This document shows positions 19,577-28,787 of a DNA stretch of 64,000 bases, piece after piece. The stretch is from assembly GCA_963677435.1 (NCBI GenBank), contig OY781945.1, positions 2,368,001-2,432,000 of the forward strand, read 5' to 3'. A model generated the notes under the pieces. The model was not told where the DNA came from, made no database searches, and saw nothing but the letters and a program-made list of their open reading frames with translations. The position numbers and the translations under genes were made by a program. Positions within the stretch are counted from its first letter, which is position 1. The number at the start of each line of letters is the position of its first letter. Origin of the DNA: an uncultured Aliarcobacter sp. GTDB taxonomy: Bacteria; Campylobacterota; Campylobacteria; Campylobacterales; Arcobacteraceae.

Positions 19577-20383
19577 ATGAATGAATTATTAGTTTTAGTG
19601 CCAATTTTGTTAGCAAGTGGTGTAGTAGCAGGTTTACTAGCAGGTTTACTTGGTGTTGGTGGAGGAATTGTAATTGTTCCAATGCTTTATCATATTTTTA
19701 TCTATATGAATATTGATATTTCAATTGCAATGCCTTTATCTATAGGAACTTCATTATCTACAATTGTAGTTACATCAATTATTTCTTCTAGATCACATTA
19801 TAAAAAAGGAGGTATTGATTTAGAATTAACAAAAAGATGGATACCTTTTGTAATCTTAGGAGTAATAATTGGTACATTCACATCAAAATATATTGATGGC
19901 AATGGATTGAAATTTATGTTTGGAATTTTACTTTTATCCGTATCTTTACATATGATTATTAGTAGTTTTAAAAGTCTTGTGATAGCAAAAAAACTTCCAA
20001 ATAATTTTGGACAATCTATTTTTGCACTATTAGTTGGAGGATTTGCATCTTTATTAGGAATTGGTGGAGGAACATTAATGGTTCCTCTTTTAACACTTTT
20101 TTCTGTTCCAATTCATAGAGCTGTAAGTACAGCTTCTATATTTGGTTTAATTATTAGTATCCCAGCAACAATTGCTTATATAATAGTTGGTTGGGATGTG
20201 CCTAATTTACCCCTTGCTTCAACTGGTTATATAAATTGGATTGCTTTTATTGTTTTAGTTCCAATGACTATGCTTTTTGCCCCGTTAGGTGTTAAACTAG
20301 CATATACTTTAAATGTAAAACAATTAAAATTAGCTTTTGCAATTTTTTTGGCTTGTGTTGGTTTAAAAATGGTTTTAGTTTAA
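19577..20383 (+). CDS. TauE/SafE (TSUP) family anion exporter
   Basis: GLLGVGGG and GIGGG..VP repeats, about 8 hydrophobic segments. Confidence 0.88.
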   Translation: MNELLVLVPILLASGVVAGLLAGLLGVGGGIVIVPMLYHIFIYMNIDISIAMPLSIGTSLSTIVVTSIISSRSHYKKGGIDLELTKRWIPFVILGVIIGTFTSKYIDGNGLKFMFGILLLSVSLHMIISSFKSLVIAKKLPNNFGQSIFALLVGGFASLLGIGGGTLMVPLLTLFSVPIHRAVSTASIFGLIISIPATIAYIIVGWDVPNLPLASTGYINWIAFIVLVPMTMLFAPLGVKLAYTLNVKQLKLAFAIFLACVGLKMVLV

Positions 20384-20453
20384 ATTATTTAGTTAATATT
20401 TTATTCAACTTATATATGGTGAAGATATAAGTATATTTACAAGGAAGAAAGTA

Positions 20454-20864
20454 ATGATAAAAACACCATTTTTAGCAGTTGATGGAATTATAAAATTATA
20501 TGATGAAAAAGAAAATTTTAGAGGTATTGTTTTAATTGAGCGATTAAACAGACCTCTTGGTATGGCAATTCCTGGCGGATTTGTAGATATTGGAGAAACT
20601 GTTGAAAATGCAGTTGTAAGAGAGATGAAAGAAGAGACTTCTTTGGATGTTACAATTGAAAAACTTCTTGGGGTTTATTCAGACCCAGAAAGGGATGAAA
20701 GATTTCATACAGCATCTATTGTTTATGTTTGTAAAGCCTATGGTGAACCTCTTGCTCAAGATGATGCAAAAGAGGTTTATGTATATAAAAAAGATGAAAT
20801 TCCACTTGAAAAATTGGTTTTTGACCATAAGAAAATTATTTTAGATTTTTTAAAAGGGGAATAA
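20454..20864 (+). CDS. NUDIX hydrolase (ADP-ribose pyrophosphatase-like)
   Basis: Nudix box PGGFVDIGETVENAVVREMKEETSL; YSDPERDER. Confidence 0.9.
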   Translation: MIKTPFLAVDGIIKLYDEKENFRGIVLIERLNRPLGMAIPGGFVDIGETVENAVVREMKEETSLDVTIEKLLGVYSDPERDERFHTASIVYVCKAYGEPLAQDDAKEVYVYKKDEIPLEKLVFDHKKIILDFLKGE

Positions 20865-20887
20865 TCTATTTTATCCTCCTTTATGAA

Positions 20888-20915
20888 TATTCCCAACAAA
20901 AAAAAGTTGGGAATA
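20888..20915. terminator. Bidirectional terminator hairpin, possibly REP-derived
   Basis: TATTCCCAAC-A8-GTTGGGAATA between convergent genes. Confidence 0.7.
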
Positions 20916-20927
20916 AAAAGAAAAGTT

Positions 20928-21653
20928 TTATTTATTCAAAATAGCGTAATTTTTACAAGCTTTTGTATTTCCAGCATCACAAGCTTTTTTGAATAACTCT
21001 TTTGCCTTATCTTTATTTTTTGCTGCACCTTGTCCTTTTTCATACATAAGTCCAAGATTATTACATGCTTTATCATTTTTTAAATCACAAGCTTTTATAT
21101 AAAACTCTTTTGCTTTTAAATAATCTTTTTTTACACCTTGAGCTTTGCTATACATGACTCCTAAATTATGACAAGCAGAAGCATCATTTGCATCACAAGC
21201 TTTTGTAAAATATTCTTTTGCCTTTAGATAATCTTTTTTTACTACTTCACCACTATAATAAACAAAGCCAACATTGTAACATCCAAAAGAGTCTCCACCT
21301 TTACAAGCTTTTGCATATAAATCTTTTGCTTTTAAAGAGTCTTTTTTTACTCCTTTTCCAGCATCGTACATAAGCCCTAGATTATAACAACTAAAAGCAT
21401 GTCCAGCATCGCAGGCTTTTGTATATAATTTCTGAGCTTTTAAGTAATCTTGTTTTACTTTTTTCCCATTGTAATACATAACAGCCAGATTATAACAAGC
21501 CCTTGAATCATTGCTTTTACAAGCTTTTTGAAATAAGCTAATTGCTTTTTTAATTTCACCTTTTTCTTGTAATATTATTGCTGAATCAAAATCACTTGCA
21601 TTTAAATTCATACTTAAAATAGATACTAAAATTGAAAATATAATCCTTTTCAT
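20928..21653 (-). CDS. Secreted Sel1-like repeat (Hcp-type cysteine-rich) protein
   Basis: Signal peptide; 36-aa repeats ACYNLGxMY..G.GVKKDYLKA..KAC. Confidence 0.9.
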   Translation of the reverse strand: MKRIIFSILVSILSMNLNASDFDSAIILQEKGEIKKAISLFQKACKSNDSRACYNLAVMYYNGKKVKQDYLKAQKLYTKACDAGHAFSCYNLGLMYDAGKGVKKDSLKAKDLYAKACKGGDSFGCYNVGFVYYSGEVVKKDYLKAKEYFTKACDANDASACHNLGVMYSKAQGVKKDYLKAKEFYIKACDLKNDKACNNLGLMYEKGQGAAKNKDKAKELFKKACDAGNTKACKNYAILNK

Positions 21654-21775
21654 TTCATCTCCTTTTTAAAATTTATTTATTATACAAAATAAATATTAAT
21701 ATTCTCGCGTAATAGATTTTTTTTAAAGGAGAGAAAGAAGATGTTAAAACTTAAGAATTTAACTAAATAATCTTT

Positions 21776-22174
21776 TTATTTGCACTTCTCATGTAAATCT
21801 TTTAATTCCAAATTCAAGGCATTTGAAGAGATATAAACTTCCCATAATGAGATACATAAAGATAAACACATTGTAAGTAAACTTAATCCAAATATTTGTT
21901 TACCAACAGGATAAAAACCTAAAAATAAAGCGAACATTGAAACTGTACACATAAGCATTGAAACAACTCCAAAAAATTGCATCCATTTTGTAAGTTCAAG
22001 TCTTTTTTTTAAATTATCAATTTGTCCTACAAGTTCTTGTCCACCATGTGTTCTTGCTTGATGACTGATTGAACGAATAAGTTGTCCAGTTGTTAAAAAT
22101 CGATTTGTATATGCTAAAAGAAGTAATGAGATTGCAGGGAATAATAAAGCAGGTGTTGATATTTCTATTTCCAT
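21776..22174 (-). CDS. DUF2721-like small membrane protein
   Basis: TPALLFPAISLLLLAYTNRF N-terminus; 3 hydrophobic segments. Confidence 0.8.
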   Translation of the reverse strand: MEIEISTPALLFPAISLLLLAYTNRFLTTGQLIRSISHQARTHGGQELVGQIDNLKKRLELTKWMQFFGVVSMLMCTVSMFALFLGFYPVGKQIFGLSLLTMCLSLCISLWEVYISSNALNLELKDLHEKCK

Positions 22175-22265
22175 AAAAAGCCTTTAAATTTTTTTGTATT
22201 ATAACAAAAGAAAAAGAAATAAAATTTAAGAGATAAATTGGGTGAAGAAATAGTATAAAAAGCAA

Positions 22266-22297
22266 AAAGTTAAATTTTATTTATAAAATCTAACTCT
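22266..22297 (-). terminator. Probable pst operon terminator
   Basis: Minus strand GAGTTAGATTTTAT-aa-ATAAAATTTAACTT followed by T run. Confidence 0.5.
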
Positions 22298-22308
22298 TTA
22301 AAATAACT

Positions 22309-22977
22309 CTATTCAGCAGTACCTAACTCGCCACCGATTCTTGCAAAAAGAAGTAAACTTCCCACATCTAAAGCACGATCAGCAATTTTTTCACTTTTTC
22401 TCAAAGCTCTTAAGATTTTTGTGAATTTACCAAAATCCTCTATATTTGGAGCTTTTTTATAAATATTATCTTGTAATAATTCATAATATTCATCAGTTTT
22501 ATTTTCTGAAACAATAATATTGTTAAAAGACTCTTGTGTTTCTTCATTTGAAGTTGCTTTTATCATTTTTACAACAGCTGTTAAACAATCTATTGTTGAT
22601 TTTTGCATAGGAACAGCAAACTCTTTTACTGTTGTTTCATCTAATTCCGTACAATAATTGCTAAGTCCAGAAATAAATGTTCTTGTATTTGAAGATGCTC
22701 TCAAAAGTTCATTTGAAATTTTAAAAAATGATACTGCAAATCTTAAATCTTTTGCTTCAGGTGAATAAAGAGCCAATATTTTAACTATAGAGTTATCAAT
22801 ATCAGTAGTTCTATTACTCATGTTTTTTAGATTGCTTTTAGCGTTATCCAATAACTCTTTATTACACTCTTGTAAACCTGTCAGTATAATTTTATTTGCC
22901 TCTAAGATGTCTTCTGTGATTGATAACATCTTACCATTGATTTCGTCCAATTTATCGCTATAATCTTTTAACATCAC
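22309..22977 (-). CDS. phoU: Phosphate signalling protein PhoU
   Basis: Last gene of pst operon; PEAKDLR and EKIADRA motifs. Confidence 0.82.
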   Translation of the reverse strand: MMLKDYSDKLDEINGKMLSITEDILEANKIILTGLQECNKELLDNAKSNLKNMSNRTTDIDNSIVKILALYSPEAKDLRFAVSFFKISNELLRASSNTRTFISGLSNYCTELDETTVKEFAVPMQKSTIDCLTAVVKMIKATSNEETQESFNNIIVSENKTDEYYELLQDNIYKKAPNIEDFGKFTKILRALRKSEKIADRALDVGSLLLFARIGGELGTAE

Positions 22978-23756
22978 CCAAATCTCCCCGTAATATAATC
23001 TTCTGTTTTCTTTTGCTCAGGGTTAATAAAAATCTTATCTGTTTCATTAAATTCTATTAAATCCCCAAGATACATAAATGCAGTATAATTACTTATACGG
23101 CTTGCTTGTTGCATATTGTGTGTAACAATTGCGATACTTACATCTTTTTTTAACTCTACAATTAACTCTTCAATAGCAGCAGTTGAGATTGGATCAAGTG
23201 CAGATGTTGGTTCATCAAAAAGTAAAAGTTCAGGTTTTAAAGCAACTGCTCTTGCAATACATAATCTTTGTTGTTGTCCACCACTTAATCCCATAGCACT
23301 TTTATTCATACGATCTTTTACTTCACCAAATAAAGCACTTCCTTTTAAAGCCATTTCAACTCGACCTTCTAATTCACTTTTACTTTTAATTCCTGATATT
23401 CTTAAACCATAAGCAACATTATCAAATATACTCATAGGAAATGGTGTTGGTTTTTGAAATATCATACCAACTCTTTGTCTTAACTGAATAAACTCATTCT
23501 CTTTTTTAATATCAAGAATATTTTCCATCTGTTTTTTTTCTTCATTTAAAAGCATAACTTTGCCCTCGTATTTATTACCAGGATATAAATCATGAATTCT
23601 ATTTAAAGATCTAAGAAGTGTTGACTTACCACATCCACTAGGTCCGATTAAAGCTGTTATAGTGTTTCTTTTAATTTTTAAGTTAATATTATTTAATGAT
23701 CTAGTTTGCGCTGAGGCATAAGTAAAACTAAAATCTTCTATAGTCATTATTGGCAT
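22974..23756 (-). CDS. pstB: Phosphate ABC transporter ATP-binding protein
   Basis: [42 protein letters not shown]. Confidence 0.96.
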   Translation of the reverse strand: MPIMTIEDFSFTYASAQTRSLNNINLKIKRNTITALIGPSGCGKSTLLRSLNRIHDLYPGNKYEGKVMLLNEEKKQMENILDIKKENEFIQLRQRVGMIFQKPTPFPMSIFDNVAYGLRISGIKSKSELEGRVEMALKGSALFGEVKDRMNKSAMGLSGGQQQRLCIARAVALKPELLLFDEPTSALDPISTAAIEELIVELKKDVSIAIVTHNMQQASRISNYTAFMYLGDLIEFNETDKIFINPEQKKTEDYITGRFG

Positions 23757-23761
23757 TATTG

Positions 23762-24565
23762 TTATCCTTTGTGTCTTGTAGTGTATCTTCCAATTAGGTT
23801 AATAAATAAAACCAAAATTGTAAGTATAAATGATGCTGCCCAAGCTAAATCTCTACTAGCTTCAGTAGGGTCATTTGCTAGGTTATAAATACTTACCGTC
23901 AAAGATGGGTAAGCTTCTGTCAAATCTAAACTAAAAAAGTTACTTGTTTCACTTGTAAAAAGTAAAGGTGCTGTTTCACCTATGATTCTTGCAAATGATA
24001 GAAGTAAACCTGTCATTATCCCAACTTTTGCAGCTTTGATAATAATATCTAAGATAACTCTGTACTTACTAGCACCAAGTGCCATACCAGCTTCTCTTAA
24101 TTCTCTAGGAACCAGTGATAACATATTATCAGTTGTATTAATTACAATTGGAATCATCATCACTGCAAGTGCAATACTTCCTGCAAATCCACTTGTTCCT
24201 CCTGTTGGAACTACAACAACTGCATATACGAATGCTCCAATAACAATTGAAGGAGCACTCATCATAATATCACTTAGGTCTCTTATTAATCTAACGAATT
24301 TACCACTTCCATACTCTTGAAGATAAATTCCAGCTAACATACCAATTGGAATACCAATACAAGATGCAATTCCAGCAATAATAAATTGACCAATAATTAG
24401 ATTTCTAAGTCCACCATCAATTAAATCTGTAAAAAATAGTGAAAGGTGAAAAGACGAAAGTCCTTTTACCATTAAAGTTACTAATATCCAACCTAAAAAC
24501 GCTAAACCAACTAGAGCAGAAAGAGTTGAAAGTATTAATATAATTTTATTTGTAAGTAATCTCAT
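23762..24565 (-). CDS. pstA: Phosphate ABC transporter permease
   Basis: [19 protein letters not shown]. Confidence 0.94.
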   Translation of the reverse strand: MRLLTNKIILILSTLSALVGLAFLGWILVTLMVKGLSSFHLSLFFTDLIDGGLRNLIIGQFIIAGIASCIGIPIGMLAGIYLQEYGSGKFVRLIRDLSDIMMSAPSIVIGAFVYAVVVVPTGGTSGFAGSIALAVMMIPIVINTTDNMLSLVPRELREAGMALGASKYRVILDIIIKAAKVGIMTGLLLSFARIIGETAPLLFTSETSNFFSLDLTEAYPSLTVSIYNLANDPTEASRDLAWAASFILTILVLFINLIGRYTTRHKG

Positions 24566-25506
24566 TAATTAGCCTTTCTTAAAAAATAGAACTTAGCAAT
24601 TGATATAACTAAAAAACTAATTATGAATAATAAAAATGCCAAATAAAACAGTGACGATAAAGCAAGACCAGAAGATTCACCAAAGTTATTTGCCATTGCA
24701 ACTGGGATTGATACTGTTGGGTCATTTAGTTTTTGTGGTAAAACAAATATTGAACCTATTAAAAAAGCAACTGCCATTGTTTCACCTAAAGCTCTACCAA
24801 GTGCTAGAATAATTGAACCTATAATTCCTTTTTTTGAATAAGGAAAAATAATATCTTTGATAACTTCAAATTTTGTAGCACCTAAAGCATAAGCTGACTC
24901 TTTTAATACATCAGGAGTTGTTCTCATACTATCTCTTGTAATTGCTGCCATAAATGGAAGAATCATAACTCCAAGAACAAGTCCAGCGGTTAGTAGTGAT
25001 ACTTGATAACCTCCAACTACACTTTGAACTATAGGAGCAAAATAAAATAAACCCCACATACCAAAAATAATACTTGGAATCGCAGCAAGAAGTTCAATGG
25101 CAATTCCAACAACATTTGAAATATTTTTAGGAGCAATTTCTGCTAAAAACACTGCAATTCCCATAGCAATTGGCAAAGCAAAAGCCATAGCAATTAAAGT
25201 AGAAAGTAAAGTACCAACAATTGGTACTAACCCACCATAAATAGTTCTAGTAATTGTGTCATCATAACCCATAAGTAGTTCATCATAAACTATAGGTTTT
25301 TCAACAGCAACTTTTTCAGCAGGTTTATCTGAGGGATTTACTTCAATAGGAACATCTTTTCCCCAAGCAGATTCACTTACAAATCCTAAACCAAACTCTT
25401 CAATAGCAGGCTTTGCAGAATTAAAAAGACTAATAAAAATAGCCACAAGTACAATTAGTACAAAACTTGCACTAATCAAAGAAAGATTTTTAAAGATTTT
25501 TTCCAT
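24565..25506 (-). CDS. pstC: Phosphate ABC transporter permease
   Basis: ELLAAIPSIIFGMWG, LGRALGETMAV. Confidence 0.94.
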   Translation of the reverse strand: MEKIFKNLSLISASFVLIVLVAIFISLFNSAKPAIEEFGLGFVSESAWGKDVPIEVNPSDKPAEKVAVEKPIVYDELLMGYDDTITRTIYGGLVPIVGTLLSTLIAMAFALPIAMGIAVFLAEIAPKNISNVVGIAIELLAAIPSIIFGMWGLFYFAPIVQSVVGGYQVSLLTAGLVLGVMILPFMAAITRDSMRTTPDVLKESAYALGATKFEVIKDIIFPYSKKGIIGSIILALGRALGETMAVAFLIGSIFVLPQKLNDPTVSIPVAMANNFGESSGLALSSLFYLAFLLFIISFLVISIAKFYFLRKAN

Positions 25507-25577
25507 TAAGATACCAATTCTTTATAAATTTTAAAAAATGCATAAAATACACTTTTAAAAACCTATTTTTTTAAATA

Positions 25578-25609
25578 AAAACAGCTTGAAAAAAATTTCA
25601 AGCTGTTTT
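25578..25609 (-). terminator. Hairpin downstream of pstS
   Basis: AAAACAGCTTGAAA-aaaa-TTTCAAGCTGTTTT. Confidence 0.75.
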
Positions 25610-25623
25610 CATATCAAAAGATA

Positions 25624-26628
25624 TTATTTAATACCGTTTGCAGTCCAGTATTCGCTAATTTTTTTAGTTAATGCTTCAGGAAGTGGAACAAATCCTAACT
25701 CAGTTGCAAGAGATTGACCATTTTTAAATGACCAGTCGTAGAATGCTGTAACTTTTTTGTCCATTTCAATATTTTCTTTTGGTACTAAAATGAATGTAGC
25801 AGCAACAATTGGGTATGCATCTTTACCAGCTGGGTCAGCAATTACAGCAAAGAAATCTTTTTTAGGATCAAGATCAGCATTTGCAGCTGCAGCTTGGAAA
25901 GCTTTTAATTCAGGAGCGATAAATGCACCTTCTTTATTTTCAATTCCTGCCATTTGAAGTTGATTACTTGTAGCATCTGCATAATCAACATAACCAATAG
26001 AATAAGGAGTTTGTTTAATAAGTGTAGCTACACCTGTATTTCCTTTTCCACCAACATGGTGATCACCTGGCCAGTTAAGATCTTTTTTCACACCGAATTG
26101 TTCTTTCCAGTCATTTGAAATTTTACTTAAGAAGTAAGTAAAGTTAAATGTAGTTCCTGAACCATCAGCTCTATGAACAAAAGTGATTTTTTCATGTGGA
26201 AGTTTTACACCTTTATTTGCAGATGCAATAACATCATTATCCCAATATTCAATATTTCCTAAAGCAATACCAGAAATAGCAGCTCTACTTAAATTTAATT
26301 TAGGAGTATTTGGAATGTTATAACTCATAGTAATAGCACCAACAACCCCTGGGAATTGTAATAATTTATCAGCAGCTAATTTAGAAGGATCTAAAGGAGC
26401 ATCAGTACCTGCGAAATCAACAGTTTTTTCAACTGCATCTTTAATACCTGCTGAACTACCTTTTGAAATATAATCTATTTCAATTCCTGTTGCTTTATGA
26501 TAAGCACCAATCCATGATTGATAAACGCTAAATGGGAATGATGCCCCACTACCTTTGAAATCTGCAGCAGACACTGATGTAGTTAACATAAGTGCAGCTA
26601 ACGGAGCTAATAATGCAATTTTTTTCAT
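25624..26628 (-). CDS. pstS: Phosphate ABC transporter substrate-binding protein
   Basis: GSGASFP, VDFAGTD, HRADGSGTT, YPIV; signal peptide. Confidence 0.95.
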   Translation of the reverse strand: MKKIALLAPLAALMLTTSVSAADFKGSGASFPFSVYQSWIGAYHKATGIEIDYISKGSSAGIKDAVEKTVDFAGTDAPLDPSKLAADKLLQFPGVVGAITMSYNIPNTPKLNLSRAAISGIALGNIEYWDNDVIASANKGVKLPHEKITFVHRADGSGTTFNFTYFLSKISNDWKEQFGVKKDLNWPGDHHVGGKGNTGVATLIKQTPYSIGYVDYADATSNQLQMAGIENKEGAFIAPELKAFQAAAANADLDPKKDFFAVIADPAGKDAYPIVAATFILVPKENIEMDKKVTAFYDWSFKNGQSLATELGFVPLPEALTKKISEYWTANGIK

Positions 26629-26660
26629 TTTGAATAACCTTTTTTAATTTGTTCATCGAA

Positions 26661-26693
26661 ATTATAAACTCACTTGATTACAAATTGGTTGCA
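26661..26693 (-). promoter_or_regulatory. Putative pstS promoter with Pho-box-like 11-bp tandem repeat
   Basis: Minus strand TGCAACCAATT TGTAATCAAGT-N5-TATAAT. Confidence 0.45.
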
Positions 26694-26811
26694 TTAAATT
26701 TTACTAATAAGTTAATATGTATATTCAATTTATATTCCTTACTACTATAGTAGTAGTAATCATATTGTAATTAGAATATGTCATATTATAATTATTATTT
26801 AATCACAAAGG

Positions 26812-28725
26812 GTGAAACAACACATGGCAAAATTCTCAATAAAAAGGTTTTCAATAGAAAGATTACTTATAAAAAGGTCTTCAATTAATATGAAACTTTT
26901 GATATTTCCATTAATCTTTTTAATTATTATTTTAGTTTTTGGTTTTACCAATAGTTATTTTAGTTCAAAAGCGAAATTAGGAGTAGAAACTGCAATAACT
27001 ATTGATAAATACATAATCAAGTCTTTGCATGCAAAAATTACTGCAAAAGAATTTTCAAGTAACATTGATGAAGATACAGCGGATAAAGTAAAAGATGCCT
27101 TTAAAAGATTATATTCAGATGTAAATAAACTTAAAGATATAAAAATAGAGTTTATTCAAGATAATCTTCAAGTCGTAAATGAAATCTTAAAAGATATAAA
27201 AGAGTATGAAGATATATTTGATAAATATTCAACACAAAAGATATCTAATTCTCATAATAGAATTTATAAAGATACAAATGAAATTGAGACAATGTTAGAA
27301 AAGATGGTGGACTCAACTCAATCTATAGAAAGAAACTTAAACAAAATTCATAATCAATCATTAAAATATAAAGAAGAAGCTTTAGATATTCAAGATAAAG
27401 TACTAATAATCTTATCTATTGTTTTTATAATATTGTTTAGTTTAATTTCATTTATTATTTCAAGAATAGTTATAAAATCTTTTAATAATTTTAAAAATGG
27501 ATTATTGTCATTCTTCTCATACTTAAATAAAGAAAAAGAAGAAGTTGAATTTCTTAATGACAAAAGTAAAGATGAATTTGGTGAGATGGCAACTGTTGTT
27601 AATAGTAGTATTAAATTAATTCAAGAAAATCTTCAAAAAGATGAAGCTTTAATTATTGAAACAGTAAAAATTCTAGATAAATTTAAAAATGGTGATTTAT
27701 CTCAAAGAATTAATAAAAATTCAAATAATCCAGCACTTAATGAATTAAAAAGTGTATTTAATGATATGGGGCATGCCCTTGAAGAAAATATCAATAATAT
27801 TTTACATGTATTAGAGAAATATACAAAACTTGATTACTTGGATAAAGTTAACCCAAATAACTTGGAAGAACATTTATTAAAATTAGCATTTGGGGTAAAT
27901 AATTTAGGTGATTCAATAACAGAGATGTTAGTAGAAAATAAATCAAATGGATTAACATTAGATAGAAGTTCTAATATGTTAATTGAAAATGTAAATAAAC
28001 TAAATGTAAACTCAAATAAAGCAGCAGCATCTTTAGAAGAGACATCTGCGTCTTTAGAACAAATAACATCAAATATAAGAAACAATACGCAAAATATTGA
28101 AAAAATGGCAAGATATTCAAACAATGTAACAGCCTCAGCATCAGAAGGAGAGAGATTAGCAAATCAAACAACTCAATCTATGGATGAAATAAATACACAA
28201 GTAAATCTGATAAATGAAGCAATAACTGTAATTGACCAAATAGCATTCCAAACAAATATTCTTTCTTTAAATGCAGCCGTAGAAGCAGCAACTGCAGGAG
28301 AAGCAGGAAAAGGATTTGCAGTAGTTGCAGCAGAAGTGAGAAACCTTGCAAATAGAAGTGCAGATGCAGCTCGTGAGATAAAATCAATAGTTGAAAATGC
28401 AAGAAAAAAAGCGGATGATGGAAAAGTAATAGCAAGTAATATGATATCAGGATATAAAGAGTTAAATGAAAATATCCAACAAACTATAAAATTAATTTCA
28501 AATATAGAAATTTCAAGTAAAGAGCAACTTTCTGGAATTGAGCAAATAAATGATGCAGTTACAGAGCTAGATCAACAAACACAGCAATATGCTAGTGTAG
28601 CATCTCAAACCCATGATGTTTCAATAATAACTGATAGAATCGCAAAATTAGTTGTTACAAATGCAAATAATAAAGAGTTCCACGGTAAAGATGATGTTAA
28701 AGCTAAAAAAATAAAAAATATTTAG
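26812..28725 (+). CDS. Methyl-accepting chemotaxis protein (start uncertain: 26812, 26824 or 26890)
   Basis: Two TM segments; [34 protein letters not shown]. Confidence 0.93.
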   Translation: MKQHMAKFSIKRFSIERLLIKRSSINMKLLIFPLIFLIIILVFGFTNSYFSSKAKLGVETAITIDKYIIKSLHAKITAKEFSSNIDEDTADKVKDAFKRLYSDVNKLKDIKIEFIQDNLQVVNEILKDIKEYEDIFDKYSTQKISNSHNRIYKDTNEIETMLEKMVDSTQSIERNLNKIHNQSLKYKEEALDIQDKVLIILSIVFIILFSLISFIISRIVIKSFNNFKNGLLSFFSYLNKEKEEVEFLNDKSKDEFGEMATVVNSSIKLIQENLQKDEALIIETVKILDKFKNGDLSQRINKNSNNPALNELKSVFNDMGHALEENINNILHVLEKYTKLDYLDKVNPNNLEEHLLKLAFGVNNLGDSITEMLVENKSNGLTLDRSSNMLIENVNKLNVNSNKAAASLEETSASLEQITSNIRNNTQNIEKMARYSNNVTASASEGERLANQTTQSMDEINTQVNLINEAITVIDQIAFQTNILSLNAAVEAATAGEAGKGFAVVAAEVRNLANRSADAAREIKSIVENARKKADDGKVIASNMISGYKELNENIQQTIKLISNIEISSKEQLSGIEQINDAVTELDQQTQQYASVASQTHDVSIITDRIAKLVVTNANNKEFHGKDDVKAKKIKNI

Positions 28726-28742
28726 AAGCTTACAAAAGATTA

Positions 28743-28780
28743 AATAAAACTCTAGGAATTATTATTCCTAGAGTTTTATT
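28743..28780. terminator. Bidirectional terminator
   Basis: AATAAAACTCTAGGAAT-tatt-ATTCCTAGAGTTTTATT between convergent genes. Confidence 0.85.
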
Positions 28781-28787
28781 ATGAAAA

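Noticed and set aside
20928..21653. 108-bp periodic DNA repeats that could suggest a CRISPR-like array
   Set aside because: Coding Sel1 repeats with no unique spacers and no cas genes
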